Source: Dendrobates tinctorius (Eukaryota). From it: a DNA stretch of 64,000 nt. The first letter of the stretch is position 1. Each line of letters begins with the position of its first letter. Positions 23,927 to 36,645 of the stretch are shown here, piece after piece. The position numbers and the translations under genes are program-made. Location of the stretch: positions 5,704,001 to 5,768,000 of the forward strand of contig NW_027361768.1 in the NCBI RefSeq assembly GCF_039654945.1. Reading direction: 5' to 3'. Under the pieces are notes generated by a model that saw only the letters and a program-made list of their open reading frames with translations, did not search any database and had not been told where the DNA came from.

Positions 23927-24482
23927 GTAAATCAAGAGCCGCGGAGACACCATCACATGTTTCTCAACGCAAGCAATGACTAGCCAGGTCTTTCACCGGG
24001 AAGGAACAACTATGGGAAGGGCAGTCTCCAATGAAGGAAACCACCTATGCCAAAACATGGTATCCATCCACAGACAGCTGTTTCGGGGTATTGCCCCTCA
24101 TCAGTGTGGAGTAGGAAACTGGCTAGCAGGATCAATGCCTAGTAAAAGACTGTGAAAAATGAGGATGAATGAACTCATGGAGATCAACATCCAACACTGC
24201 GGAGACACCATCACATATTTCTCAACGCAGTGATGCTAGAGCATTGCCTCCATCCCTTATGGGAAATATGCAAAAACATGTAAATCAAGAGCCACGGAGA
24301 CACCATCACATGTTTCTCAACGCAAGCAATGACTAGCCTGGTCTTTCACCGGGAAGGAACAACCACGGGAAGGGCAGTCTCCAATGAAGGAAACCACCTA
24401 TGCCAAAACATGGTATCCATCCACAGACAGCTGGAAAATACCCTGAAACAGTCTGTAGATGGATACCATGTTTTGGCATAGG
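23927..24482 (-). mobile_element. Retrozyme-like tandem repeat (353-bp unit, ~1.4 copies) with a short inverted terminal piece
   Basis: gtaaatcaagagcc repeats at 23927 and 24280; contains a canonical hammerhead; 24437-24482 is an inverted copy of ~24044-24092. Confidence 0.85.
24067..24110 (-). ncRNA. Minimal type I hammerhead ribozyme
   Basis: UCCACA CUGAUGA GGGG-caaua-CCCC GAAA CAGCUG UC UGUGGA: full catalytic core, 6-bp stem I, 4-bp stem II, palindromic stem III, GUC cleavage triplet. Confidence 0.92.
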
Positions 24483-24487
24483 AAAAT

Positions 24488-24811
24488 ACTCAGGTATTTT
24501 CTGAAGACAGAGCAAAAAGGAATTCAGCACACCCCAGCAGGGAATGGCAGAAATCAAGGAAAACAATGCAAAACAAAACCAAAACACAAATGCAAAAGTA
24601 GAGCAGAAAACTTAGCCTTTGAGGAGCAGGAATCAGACTGGTCTCCTAGAATCCCTCAGAGAGATCACCAGCAAGGCAGAAGGGCGTCGGCTGCCTTATA
24701 TCCAGTCAGTAATTCCCGTCACCCAGTCATCATCATCAATCACTACCTTCCTTCACCAGAAGATGGAGTTCATCAGACCTCAATGGTGAAGGGGAAAATG
24801 AACTCACAACA
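24488..24811 (-). mobile_element. Truncated LTR, family X
   Basis: Reverse complement of the first part of 11854-12672; ends aaaatgaactcacaaca. Confidence 0.8.
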
Positions 24812-24899
24812 CTACGGATTGTCATTTGAGGCCTCCATTCAACTGTTTTTGCTGTGTGTTACCCTAGTAAAAAAATAAAAATACAAGCCACATATTTTA

Positions 24900-25690
24900 C
24901 AGTGTGGTATCAACGTCACACGCCTCACCTATCTGTGGGCTAAAAATGTGGGCGATGACGCCATAATTAGAGTCACCAGGCCACTTATCTGTGTTCTGAA
25001 ATGCTCTCTGCTCACAATCATAGAGGATGCATTGCAGGTGGAAATTGATGAGACGGAGCAAGGTGATTACACACAGCCCAGCCTCATCTCATCCCAACGT
25101 GGATTCGGTGACAATGAGAAAGAGGAGGAGGAAGAAGAACAGGAGTTACTTTCATGCGCTCTAGATGGTACTACAAGCACAACTGTCATACTGTCTGTTC
25201 AGTGTGGATGGCCTGAAGACAGGGAGGAGCAGGAGTAGGAGGAGGAGTAAGAGAGCATAGTCAGTCATCCTCTTGGTGAGGACACAGAAGTCTTGCCTAT
25301 TAGAAGTCTGGCACACATGGCTGAGTTTGTTACGCTGCCCTTCCCATGACCCTCGTGTTCTCAAAATTTTGGGTGTTAGTCATTACTGGATGGTGACACT
25401 TCTAGACCTGAGCTACAAGGAGAACTTTCTATCTCTTATTCCAGAGGCAGAAAGGTCTACTAAAATGGTGCAGTACCAGAGGGCCCTTGTTGTGGAATTA
25501 TTAAAAAAATTCCCATCTGAAAACATTGGCGGCAGAGGTCACAGATCGTTGGACAACCAAGGAGTACAGGCGAGAGAAACACAACTCCAATCCAGCAGAG
25601 GCAGGGGAACACTGGCAAAGTTCTGGGAGTGTTTTCTCAGACCCTCCCATTGCAGTGGACCTGAGGCATGGGGTACTCTCACAAGGAGTG
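24900..25690 (+). pseudogene. hAT transposase remnant, central part
   Basis: DDAIIRVTRPLICVL, acidic insert, DPRVLKI...YWMVTLLDLSYKENF (LDPRYK-type motif). Confidence 0.75.
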
Positions 25691-27287
25691 TGTTCTGCCT
25701 TCTTCCACATATGACGCTGTGTGGATTCCAGCATACGGTTTAACTTTTCATCCACTCCCAGAAACAAGACTGTATGGGTGCTTAAGTCTATATTTATTGG
25801 GATGACATGGACAACAATGGGAGATGATAACAGATGGTAAAGTAGAACAGTAGTAGATATCATCAGAGGTTGTTGAACACAGATATGTATGATTTAGTAG
25901 ATTGATGTACAAAATGTGAATGATTCAGGTAAAAACGACAAGAGACAGATAATACAGCATGTCAGTACTGGTAGACAGTATACAATACACAAATACTGGC
26001 AGTTAATAACAATGCAACACACTCATTTTCAAGCTAATTATAGCTAAAAAGACCTCCAGTTTTTTTAGGAAAATATAAACAATTTTATTGAAACATATTA
26101 AAATTACATCAATAAACAGAGTTTCCCACTAAGCAGGCATGTAACACTGGGTAAATCCAAAATTAATACAATAGATATCACAATTTTACACGGCTATAAA
26201 AAATAACTACCATCCTGCAAGTGTCCCAAATAGAGTATATTACATATCAATGCTAACATATAGATTACTAATATTTCATCTCATAAGTCAGGCTCACTGC
26301 AAATCTGTGTACTTAGTGATTGTAGTGCTAAAGTGCTAGATAATATAAATCAGGCTCATTATAAACTACAAAATATGTCCTATGAGTCTATATCAAGATC
26401 CAGTGCTAGCAATAAATGCAATACTAACTAGATACTATATATAAAATTCACTACATGTGAAGTTATTTTATATTTCACTATTCGTGTATAACGAGAATCT
26501 AAGCAGAAATTCCATATTGGAGCTTGGCACCATACTTACAGAGGATGCTTAACTAGAGGATATTTATAACAAACATGCAGTGAAATAACATCACAGGAGC
26601 TGAGCATGCATTGCAAGCATCATGGGGGGCTGCATTATGGCCAGCTAACAGAGATGCATAACTAATAATTGCATTATCCTTACCAGAATCCACTTGTTAT
26701 AGCAATGGTTTTGCAAAGAGCTGAGCAGGTGCAAGCTACTTAGTGTTAGGGCTGGCGGAACGCACCAAATTATAAAATAATAGTAGGTGCGTTCGCAGCC
26801 CAGGGTCCATCGTGCAGAGGTGGTACACTGTTGCTAGGTAATGGAGGATGCTCTATATGGCGGTACAATGGCGGAACACACGCGGGTTAAACGTCACCGG
26901 TGTGCACAGGGCGAAATCTGTTGCTCCACAGAGCAGCACTACCGCTAAACACAAATACCGAGCCTGTTAAAGCTCACAGAGCTCGAGGAGATAAAACTCA
27001 GTATATGGTCACAGGACTTGTGCCCAAGAACACAGGGCCAGCGTCCATCTAGACCTACAGAGCGTGCGTCTTCGCGACCGCAAATGCCGCTAACTGAGGC
27101 TGACTGCAGCGTAGCGACACTGACTGCCGTGGTACGATAGTGCCCTATAGTAGGCGACACCATCGAACGCTAGTGCTGTGGACTGATGTGCATTGTGGCC
27201 TATAGCTTAGCCACTGACTCTCATACTATTGCCCTAACCACATGCGTAATATCCAAGGGAGGGGAATCTTAATAAGTCATTCACCAG

Positions 27288-29129
27288 ACTTTAAAGGGGC
27301 CAATGTAGCGAGGAGCAAACTTAGTGGACTCGACTCACAGCCTGATGTTACGGGCGGAGAGCCACACTAAGTTGCCAGGGGAGAAGGTTGGAGCAGGATG
27401 CCGATGTGCGTCCGCGGAGGACCTCATTCTCTCCTTAGAGGCCAGAATGGCAACCTGGGTGTGGTCCCAAATATCACTTGCCTCCACCGCCCAGTCTGCC
27501 ACCCTAGAGACAGTGGATGACACGGGCATGGGCACAGGAACACGAGGATGCTGGCCGTAGTTAAGGAGGAATGGTGTCTGGCCAGTGGAATCAGCCACAG
27601 TGTTGTTCAAGGCAAACTCTGCCCACAGCAACAAAGATGCCCAGTCATCATGCCTGGCCGAGACAAAATGTCGGAGATATGTGACCAGTGTCTGGTTGGC
27701 CCTCTCTACCAACCTGTTCGTCTCGGGATGATAGGCCGAGGAGAGATTCAGTTCAATACTGAGCAAGCGACAGAGCTTTCTCCAGAAGCGATACGCAAAC
27801 TGGGGGCCCCGGTCACTGACAATCTTGTCAGGCATGCCGTGTAAGCGGAAACCATGCTTGATGAACAGCACTGCTAAACCCCGTGCGGAAGGTAGCTGAG
27901 AGAGAGGCACCAAATTTTAGAAAAATGGTCGGTGACGACCCACATAACTGTGTTGCCACTGGACTTGGGTAGGCCCACCACAAAGTCCATGCACCATCTC
28001 CCAGGGCCTGTCCGCAACCGGTAAGTGGTAGAGTAACCCAGCAGGTCGTTGCTGGGAAGGCTTATTCTTGGCGCAGGAGACGCATGCCTGTATGTAGTCT
28101 TTGATGTCACAAGCCATATGCGGCCACCAGTATGTCCTTGCCAGAAGCTCAACTGTCCACTTAGTACCAAAGTGTCCACCCACCCTGGACGCGTGAGCCC
28201 AAGAGAGGACCTCTGGATGCAAACGGGCAGGAACAAAAGTCTTGCCAGGGGGGTACAGACTCAAGGGCGACTGGAGCCACTGTCCTCAGACTCTCCGATG
28301 GTTCGATTAACCGAGGCTCCTCCTTTTCCGCTGATGCCACGGAGCGAGAGAGCGCATCGGCTCAGACATTTCTTCTCACCAGAAAGGAAATGTAGGGTGC
28401 AGTGGAACCGGGAGAAGAAGAGAGACCATCGAGCTTGGCGAGAATTTAACCGCTGGGCGGTTTGGAGATAGACCAAATTTTTGTGGTCAGTGTAAACTTG
28501 GAAGGGATATCGAGCCCCCTCCAGGAGGTGTCTCCATTTAGAGAAGGCCAATTTCATGGCTATCAAATTCCTGTCCCCAATGGAATAGTTCCTCTCCACC
28601 AGAGAGAAGGTATTGGAAAAGAAGAAGCAAGGATGCTTTCGACCTTGAGCATCGTTTTGGAACAGGACTGCTCCAGCACCAACGGACGAGGCATCCACCT
28701 CTAAAATAAATGGCTTATCCACATTGGGGCGATGTAAAATGGGAGCACTAGCGAAGTGAGACTTGATGGAGAGGAAGGCCTTAGATACCTCCTCAGACCA
28801 CAATTTAGGATTCGCTCCCTTCTTGGTGAGGGCAACCAAGGGAGCTACCAAGTCGAGAAGTGCGGGATGAATTGGCGGTAATAGTTAATAAATCCCATAA
28901 AGCGCTGCACTGCTTTAAGGGAGTGAGGCTCCTGCAATCCATTACCGGCTGCAGTTTGGCAGGATCCATGGCCAACCCTTAGGCCAAGATGATATAGCCC
29001 AGGAAAGGCAACGATTCCTGCTCAAACACGCACTTCTCCAACTTGGCATATAGGACGTTTGCCCATAGGAGATCGAAGACTTTGCAAACCTCTCTCCAGT
29101 GGGACTCCAAATCTCGAGAGAAGATGAGA
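27288..29129 (-). pseudogene. pol: Gypsy A pol, 3' part (end of RT, RNase H, integrase)
   Basis: LEVDASSVGAGAVL, YTDHKNL, HASRVGGH..CVSC, MDFVVGLP, SDRGPQF, KFAPRYIGPF; frameshifted. Confidence 0.92.
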
Positions 29130-29422
29130 ATATTTGTGGCTATGCCTGCCGATGCCCCTCCAGCAGCAGCGCACGCCGCAACGTCTCCTTACCTACGCGC
29201 CCCCGTCCAGGCGCGCGCCCGTCCTGCGTTCCTCCTCACAGCTGCTCCTGGCACCCGCTCCCTGTTGCGCGCGCGCCCCCTCCCGCTCTCTCCCTCCAGC
29301 GGTGGGCGGCGCTGAGGGGCAGGACAGGGGGACGCACTTCCGGGTGCTGGGATACTTCAGGCGTCCTCGCTATGTGGAGGACGCCTGATGATCGTGTAGT
29401 CTCCTGCACCCTCTGGCCGCTA

Positions 29423-29670
29423 CAGTCCTCTGTAGTTCCTCTTGTCCCTTCTCTGCCCCCCTGCCGTGCCCTCTGTCACAGTCCTCTGTTGTTCCTCCAG
29501 TCCATGCCCTGCCTCCCTACCGTGCCCTGTGTCACAGTCCTCTGTTGTTCCTCCAGTCCATGCCCTGCCTCCCTGCCGTGCCCTGTGTCACAGTCCTCTG
29601 TTGTTCCTCCAGTCCATGCCCTGCCTCCCTGCCGTACCCTGTGTTACAGTCCTCTGTAGTTCCTCTTGTC
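29423..29670 (+). repeat. 56-bp tandem repeat inside LTR B (mirrored at ~36110-36350)
   Basis: cagtcctctgttgttcctccagtccatgccctgcctccctgccgtgccctgtgtca, ~4.5 copies. Confidence 0.85.
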
Positions 29671-29953
29671 CACTCTCTATCTCACTGCCTTGTCCTGTGT
29701 CTCATTCCTCCGTCCGTCAGTCCCGGGTTCGTATCAAAGCCATCCTTCTCCCTAGTCCTTATTTGTCTGTGGAGCCGTCCCTCTTGGTTCCGGCTGTTGC
29801 GCTTCCGCCCCCTGTGGTCCTGCCCCAAACGATCCCTGTATAGGGCTCAGTCTTCACCTGGAGTCCTCGGCCCAGGGGCTCCGGATCCGTGATCCAGAGG
29901 GTCCACTCTCCGACGTAGCTCTTACCTAAGAAACGTCACAGTATCATCAGGAC

Positions 29954-30979
29954 ATGGACCCCGCCGGTGCCGCGGCTGCCACTCAAAAGGAACTACTGTT
30001 CTTAAGGGAAAATCAGACCCGGATTATGTCCTTCATGAAATCCAAGGACACCCGGCTTTCCGCCCTGCAAACCGCTGACCCTGGGCACGCCCCCCTCTTA
30101 GCCAGTCTCCATCAGGAGCTCGCACAGCAGCGTGACGCTCAATCTCACATTCTGGGGTACATGGCGTTCGTAGATGATCGGCTGCTTGCCCTGCAGTCCT
30201 CCGCGGCCGCCTCTACCCAACCCCGGGACGCTGTCCCAGCTCCCCCTCCCCGCCTTGGAAAGCCGCCCAGGTATGATGGGGACCCGAAGTTGTGTGGGGG
30301 ATTTTTAAACCAGTGCAGACTGCACTTTGAGCTCCTGCCCCAACAATATCCCACGGACCGCGCTAAGGTGGCCTTTATTGTGTCCCATCTTGAGGGAGAG
30401 GCACTGGCTTGGGTGAATCCCTTATGGGAGAGAGATGACCCGGTGGTCACCAGTATCCAGAGTTTTTTGGAAACATTTTGCAAGGTATTTGATGAGCCCG
30501 GGCGCCTTGCTTCCACTACGGAGGCCCTCTTTAACCTTCGCCAGGGATCCCTGACGGTAAGGCAGTACGCCATCCATTTCCGGACCCTGTCCTCGGAGCT
30601 AGGGTGGAATAATGAAGCTCTTGTAGGTGCCTTTTGGAGAGGTCTTTCTAGTAAAATCAAGGATGAGCTGGCCTGGCGTGACTCTCCAACCACCCTGGAA
30701 GATCTCATCTCTCTGGCTACTCGTATTGATCTGCGCTTTCAGGAACGCGCCAGAGAGTCAGCCAGGGAGAGAAGGCCCTTTAGGTTATACCAAGCCCCCA
30801 TTCCGCGCGCTGTTGCACCCTCTAGTAACTCCGCTCCTGAGCCTATGCAGGTGGATCGCGTCAGGCTGTCCGAACAACGGCACAGGGAGAGGATGACTAA
30901 TGGACTCTGTTTATATTGTGGAGGGGCCAACCACTTCGTACGCACTTGTCCTGAGAGACCGGGAAACGCATCCACCTAG
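29954..30979 (+). CDS. gag: Gypsy B Gag (341 aa, uninterrupted; PEG10/sushi-type capsid plus CCHC knuckle)
   Basis: YDGDPKLCGGFLNQC, LEGEALAW, LRQG, PEPMQVD, CLYCGGANHFVRTC. Confidence 0.92.
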   Translation: MDPAGAAAATQKELLFLRENQTRIMSFMKSKDTRLSALQTADPGHAPLLASLHQELAQQRDAQSHILGYMAFVDDRLLALQSSAAASTQPRDAVPAPPPRLGKPPRYDGDPKLCGGFLNQCRLHFELLPQQYPTDRAKVAFIVSHLEGEALAWVNPLWERDDPVVTSIQSFLETFCKVFDEPGRLASTTEALFNLRQGSLTVRQYAIHFRTLSSELGWNNEALVGAFWRGLSSKIKDELAWRDSPTTLEDLISLATRIDLRFQERARESARERRPFRLYQAPIPRAVAPSSNSAPEPMQVDRVRLSEQRHRERMTNGLCLYCGGANHFVRTCPERPGNAST

Positions 30980-31006
30980 GCCAGGTAGGAGAGGGCTCCC
31001 TAGGTG
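30961..31006 (+). promoter_or_regulatory. -1 ribosomal frameshift signal (G GGA AAC plus downstream stem)
   Basis: gggaaac followed by cacctagg...cctaggtg pairing, as in PEG10/sushi elements. The same heptamer occurs in Gypsy C at ~40930. Confidence 0.8.
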
Positions 31007-34000
31007 ATCAGACCCCCTCTCTTCCACTTACTCTTTCAGCTCTGCTTATTACAGGTCGGGGGCGTGGCTCCATGGAGGCGTATGTGGACTCGGGCGCAGC
31101 GGGCAACTTCATCCACCAAGAAGAAGTGGACAAACTCCAGATTCCCGTGGTTGTCCTAAGAAATCCGCGAGCAATCACCTCTGTCAATGGCAAACCTCTG
31201 CCCGGACTCGTCACCATGGTTACCACCGAAGTTGAGTTACAAATTGGTGCACTTCACTTCGAGAAGATTGCCTTTTATGTCCTGCCTCAACTATCCCACG
31301 CCATTCTCTTAGGGTTACCCTGGCTCAGGCGGCATGAGCCAGTTGTCGACTGGCGCTCCGGGGAGATCTTGCGCTGGGGCACGCCTGCCATGCACGCTGT
31401 TTGCGGGCCTTTGTTCGTCCCCATTCTCTGCCTAGGCCAACCGATCTCCCGGGCCTTCCTGTTCCATACCACGCCTACGCTGATGTTTTCTGCAAGAAGG
31501 AAGCGGTTTCCCTGCCTCCACATCGGTCCTATGATTGCCCTATCGACCTGATTCCCGGAGCTGTCCCTCCCAGAGGAAGAACGTACCCTCTTTCGCCAGC
31601 CGAGACCTCTGCCATGACGGAATACATTCAGGAAAACCTGACCAAGGGGTTTATCCGGAAGTCCTCTTCCCCTGCGGGCGCAGGTTTTTTCTTCGTCCGG
31701 AAGAAGGACGGATCCCTGCGGCCTTGTATAGATTACCGGGGCCTAAACAATATCACCGTTAAAAACCGATATCCCCTTCCGTTGATTCCTGAGCTCTTTG
31801 ACCGGCTGAGGGGAGCTCGGATCTTCACAAAGTTAGATCTGCGGCGGAGCTTACAATTTGATCCGGATCCGTGCAGGGGATGAGTGGAAAACGGCCTTCA
31901 ATACCCGTGACGGGCATTATGAATACTTAGTCATGCCATTTGGTCTTTGCAACGCACCAGCTGTATTTCAAGAAATTATCAACGAGGTGTTCCGTGATCT
32001 GCTCTATTCCTGTGTGGTGGTGTATTTAGACGACATTCTCGTTTTCTCGCCCGATCTGTCCTCCCATCGCAGGAGCGTACGCTTGGTCTTGCATTGCCTT
32101 CGAGAGAATCGACTCTACGCCAAGATTGAGAAATGCCTTTTTTAGCAGACGTCATTGCCCTTCTTGGGATATATCGTCACCGATTCCGGTCTGAAGATGG
32201 ATCCCGAAAAACTCAGTGCGGTACTCAAGTGGCCCCGTCCAGTGGGGATAAAGGCCATCCAGCGGTTCCTTGGGTTCGCAAACTATTACCGTCAATTCGT
32301 GCCTTATTTTTCTACGGTTACCAAACCCATCACGGCCTTGACCCGTAAGGGAGCAAAACCCAACATCTGGTCCCCCGAAGCTGAAGACGCCTTCCTGGCT
32401 CTGAAACGTTCTTTTGCATCTGCACCCATCTTGCACCGGCCAGTGACCAGCAGGCCCTTCGTCCTAGAGGTGGACGCCTCCTCCACTGGAGCAGGGGCGG
32501 TCCTGTCCCAGCAGGCTTCATCTGGGCGCCTGGTTCCCTGCGGTTTTTTTTCTAAAACCTTTTCGCCTGCGGAGTGCAACTACTCCATTGGAGACCGGGA
32601 ATTACTTGCCATTAAGATGGCCTTGGCTGAATGGCGATATTTACTCGAGGGGGCTGTACATCCTTTCACCATCCTTACGGACCACAAAAATCTGGCTTAC
32701 CTGCAGTCTGCCCAAAGACTCAATGCCCAGCAAGCCAGGTGGGCCCTGTATTTCTCCCGCTTTGACTTTCAACTTCACTTTCGACCTGGTAATAGGAACA
32801 TCAAGGCCGATGCCCTTTCCAGGTCGTTACAGTCACCGGAGAGGGATGAAGACCCATCCTATATTATCGAGCCTGCTAAGATGATCACCGTGGCTCCTGT
32901 GAATTTCTCCACTCCCCCGCCAGGTAAAACTTTCGTCCCTCAAGGCAGACGTTCAGAGGTGCTGCGCTGGGGGCATTCCTCCAAAGTTGCTGGGCACATT
33001 GGGACTAAGAAGACTCTCTTTCTGCTTTCCCGGTATTACTGGTGGCCCACGCTTCACCAGGATGTGATGGACTATGTAGCCTCGTGCACAACCTGTGCCC
33101 AGAACAAGGTGGCTAGGGCTTTGCCCTCCGGTCTTCTTCACCCATTACCAGTTCCTGAGGCTCCTTGGCAGCAAATTGCTATGGATTTGGTGACTGATTT
33201 ACCCTGCTCAGCTGGATGTACCACCATCTTAGTCATAGCAGATCGTTTTTCCAAGATGGCCCACTTTGTTCCCTTACCGGGACTGCCGTCCGCCCCGAAG
33301 TTGGCCGAGATCTTCATCCACCAGATCTTCAGGCTGCATGGTCTTCCTCAGCGGATTGTGTCAGATCGGGGGGTCCAGTTTACCTCTCGCTTCTGGAGGG
33401 CTCTCTGTCGGCTTATGGGTACATCTCTCGACTTCTCCTCTGCATACCATCCTCAGACCAACGGGCAAGTGGAGCGAATTAATCAGGTGTTAACTACCTT
33501 CTTACATCACTTCTCCAACGCCCATCAGGACAATTGGGTCGCGCTCCTACCTTGGGCTGAATTCTCGCACAATAACCATCCCAGCAAATCTACCGCCAAG
33601 TCACCATTCTTTGTGGTAACCGGCCAAAATTCAGGTGTTCCGCTACCCTTCTCCACGTCTACGGGAGTGCCCGCAGCAGATTCACTCGCAATGGAATTCT
33701 CGCAGATTTGGAGGGAGACCAGGGAAGCGCTCAAGAGTGCCAATAACCGAATCAAGAAACATGCGGACAAAAGACGAAAGGAAGTGCCTCCGTACCATCC
33801 GGGTGACAAAGTCTGGCTTTCAACTCGACATATCCGTCTGAGAGTTCCCTCTTACAAGTTGAGCCCTCGGTACATTGGACCGTTTGAAGTGATCGGACGC
33901 ATTAATGAGGTGGCTTATAAGCTGAGGTTGCCTGCTTCGCTCCGGGTTCCCAACGCCTTCCATGTCTCGCTCTTGAAACCCGTAGTCCTGAACCGGTTCC

Positions 34001-34229
34001 AACCAGTTTCCATCACCCCTCCATCACCAGTTGCTTCGGACGACGTCTTTGAGGTCAAAGACATCTTGGCTATGAAAAAAGTCAAGGGAAAGACCCTTTT
34101 CCTTATCGATTGGAGGGGTTTTGGCCCTGAGGAAAGGTCCTGGGAGCCCCGAGAGAATATCAATGCCCCCCGGATTCTGAAAACGTTTTTGGCCAATCTC
34201 AGTAGGGGAGGACGTAAGGAGGGGGGTAC
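30980..34229 (+). pseudogene. pol: Gypsy B pol (protease, RT, RNase H, integrase, chromodomain), few lesions
   Basis: VDSGA, YLDD, DAS, HHCC, D-D-E, FEVKDIL..WRGFGPEERSWEP; frameshifts at ~31380 and ~31845, stop at ~32143. Confidence 0.93.
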
Positions 34230-36645
34230 TTGGTCAGGTTTTCCTGAATGTATTCCGTCATGGCAGAGGTCTCGGCTGGCGAAAGAGGGTACGTTCTTCC
34301 TCTGGGAGGGACAGCTCCGGGAATCAGGTCGATAGGGCAATCATAGGACCGATGTGGAGGCAGGGAATCTGCTTCCTTCTTGCAGAAAACATCAGCGTAG
34401 GCGTGGTATGGAACAGGAAGGCCCGGGAGATCGGTTGGCCTAGGCAGAGAATGGGGACGAACAAAGGCCCACAAACAGCGTGCATGGCAGGCGTGCCCTC
34501 AGCGCAAGATCTCCCCGGAGCGCCAGTCGACAACTGGCTCATGCCGCCTGAGCCAGGGTAACCCTAAGAGAATGGCGTGGGATAGTTGAGGCAGGACATA
34601 AAAGGCAATCTTCTCGAAGTGAAGTGCACCAATTTGTAACTCAACTTCGGTGGTAACCGTGGTGACGAGTCCGGGCAGAGGTTTGCCATTGACAGAGGTG
34701 ATTGCTCGCGGATTTCTTAGAACAACCACGGGAATCTGGAGTTTGTCCACTTCTTCTTGGCGGATGAAGTTGCCCGCTGCGCCCGAGTCCACATACGCCT
34801 CCACGGAGCCACGCCCCTGACCTGTAATAAGCAGAGCTGAAAGAGTAAGTGGAAGAGAGGGGGTCTGATCACCTAGGGGGCCCTCTCCTACCTGGCCTAG
34901 GTGGATGCGTTTCCCGGTCTCTCAGGACAAGTGCGTACGAAGTGGTTGGCCCCTCCACAATATAAACAGAGTCCATTAGTCATCCTCTCCCTGTGCCGTT
35001 GTTCGGACAGCCTGACGCGATCCACCTGCATAGGCTCAGGAGCGGAGTTACTAGAGGGTGCAACAGCGCACGGAATGGGGGCTTGGTATAACCTAAAGGG
35101 CCTTCTCTCCCTGGCTGACTCTCTGGCACGTTCCTGAAAGCGCAGATCAATACGAGTAGCCAGAGAGATGAGATCTTCCAGGGTGGTTGGAGAGTCACGC
35201 CCGGCTAGCTCATCCTTGATTTTACTAGAAAGACCTCTCCAAAAGGCACCTACAAGAGCTTCATTATTCCACCCTAGCTCCGAGGACAGGGTCCGGAAAC
35301 GGATGGCGTACTGCCCTACCGTCAGGGATCCCTGGCGAAGGTTAAAGAGGGCCTCCGTAGTGGAAGCAAGGCTCCCGGGCTCATCAAATACCTTGCGAAA
35401 TGTTTCCTAAAAACTCTGGATACTGGTGACCACCGGGTCATCTCTCTCCCATAAGGGATTCACCCAAGCCAGTGCCTCTCCCTCAAGATGGGACACAATA
35501 AAGGCCACCATAGCGCGGTCCGTGGGATATTGTTGGGGCAGGAGCTCAAAGTGCAGTCTGCACTGGTTTAAAAATCCCCCACACAACTTCGGGTCCCTAC
35601 CATACCTGGGCGGCTTTCCAAGGCGGGGAGGTGGAGCTGGGACAGCGTCCCGGGGTTGGGTAGAGGCGGCCGCGGAGGACTGCAGGGCAAGCAGCCGATC
35701 ATCTACGGACGCCATGTACCCCAGAATGTGAGATTGGATTTCATGAAGGACATAATCCGGGTCTGATTTTCCCTTAAGAACAGTAGTTCCTTTTGAGTGG
35801 CAGCCGCGGCACCGGCGGGGTCCATGTCCTGATGATACTGTGACGTTTCTTAGGTAAGAGCTACGTCGGAGAGTGGACCCTCTGGATCGCGGATCCGGAG
35901 CCCCTGGGCCGAGCACTCCAGGTGAAGACCGACCCCTATACAGGGATCGTTTGGGGCAGGACCACAGGGGGCGGAAGCGCAACAGCCGGAACCAAGAGGG
36001 ACGGCTCCACAGACAAATAAGGACTAGGGAAAAGGATGGCTTTGATACGAACCCGGGACTGACGGACGGAGGAATGAGACACAGGACAAGGCAGTGAGAT
36101 AGAGGGTGGACAAGAGGAACTACAGAGGACTGTAACACAGGGTACGGCAGGGAGGCAGGGCATGGACTGGAGGAACAACAGAGGACTGTGACACAGGGCA
36201 CGGCAGGGAGGCAGGGCATGGACTGGAGGAACAACAGAGGACTGTGACACAGGGCACAGCAGGGCATGGACTGGAGGAACAACAGAGGACTGTGACAGAG
36301 GGCACGGCAGGGGGGCAGAGAAGGGACAAGAGGAACTACAGAGGACTGTAGCGGCCAGAGGGTGCAGGAGACTACACGATCATCAGGCGTCCTCCACATA
36401 GCGAGGACGCCTGAAGTATCCCAGCACCCGGAAGTGCGTCCCCCTGTCCTGCTCCTCAGCGCCGCCCACCGCTGGAGGGAGAGAGCGGGAGGGGGCGCGC
36501 GCGCGACAGGGAGCGGGTGCCAGGAGCAGCTGTGAGGAGGAACGCAGGACGGGCGCATGCCTGGACGGGGGCACGTAGGTAAGGAGACGCTGCGGCGTGC
36601 GCTGCTGATGGAGGGGCATCGGCGGGCACAGCCGCCGATGTCACA

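Larger units (their letters stand above)
29135..36645 (+). mobile_element. Gypsy B chromovirus with fold-back structure (3' LTR replaced by an inverted copy of the 5' 2.5 kb)
   Basis: LTR 29135-29940, gag, pol, PPT ending 34229; 34229-36645 is the reverse complement of 29135-31646. Flanks atatt / atatc; inserted in the YLDDI codons of Gypsy A. Confidence 0.93.

Noticed and set aside
29099-29892. Cys/Pro-rich ORFs (also 35407-36619)
   Set aside because: Shadow translations of the 56-bp LTR repeat and GC-rich LTR.
29954-34335. Domesticated PEG10/RTL1-like host gene
   Set aside because: LTR, TSD, PPT and a disrupted pol show an ordinary retrotransposon copy.
32155-34335. C-terminal extension of the 726-aa Pol ORF (..GTWSGFPEC..)
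   Set aside because: Read-through across the fold-back junction into antisense RT sequence.
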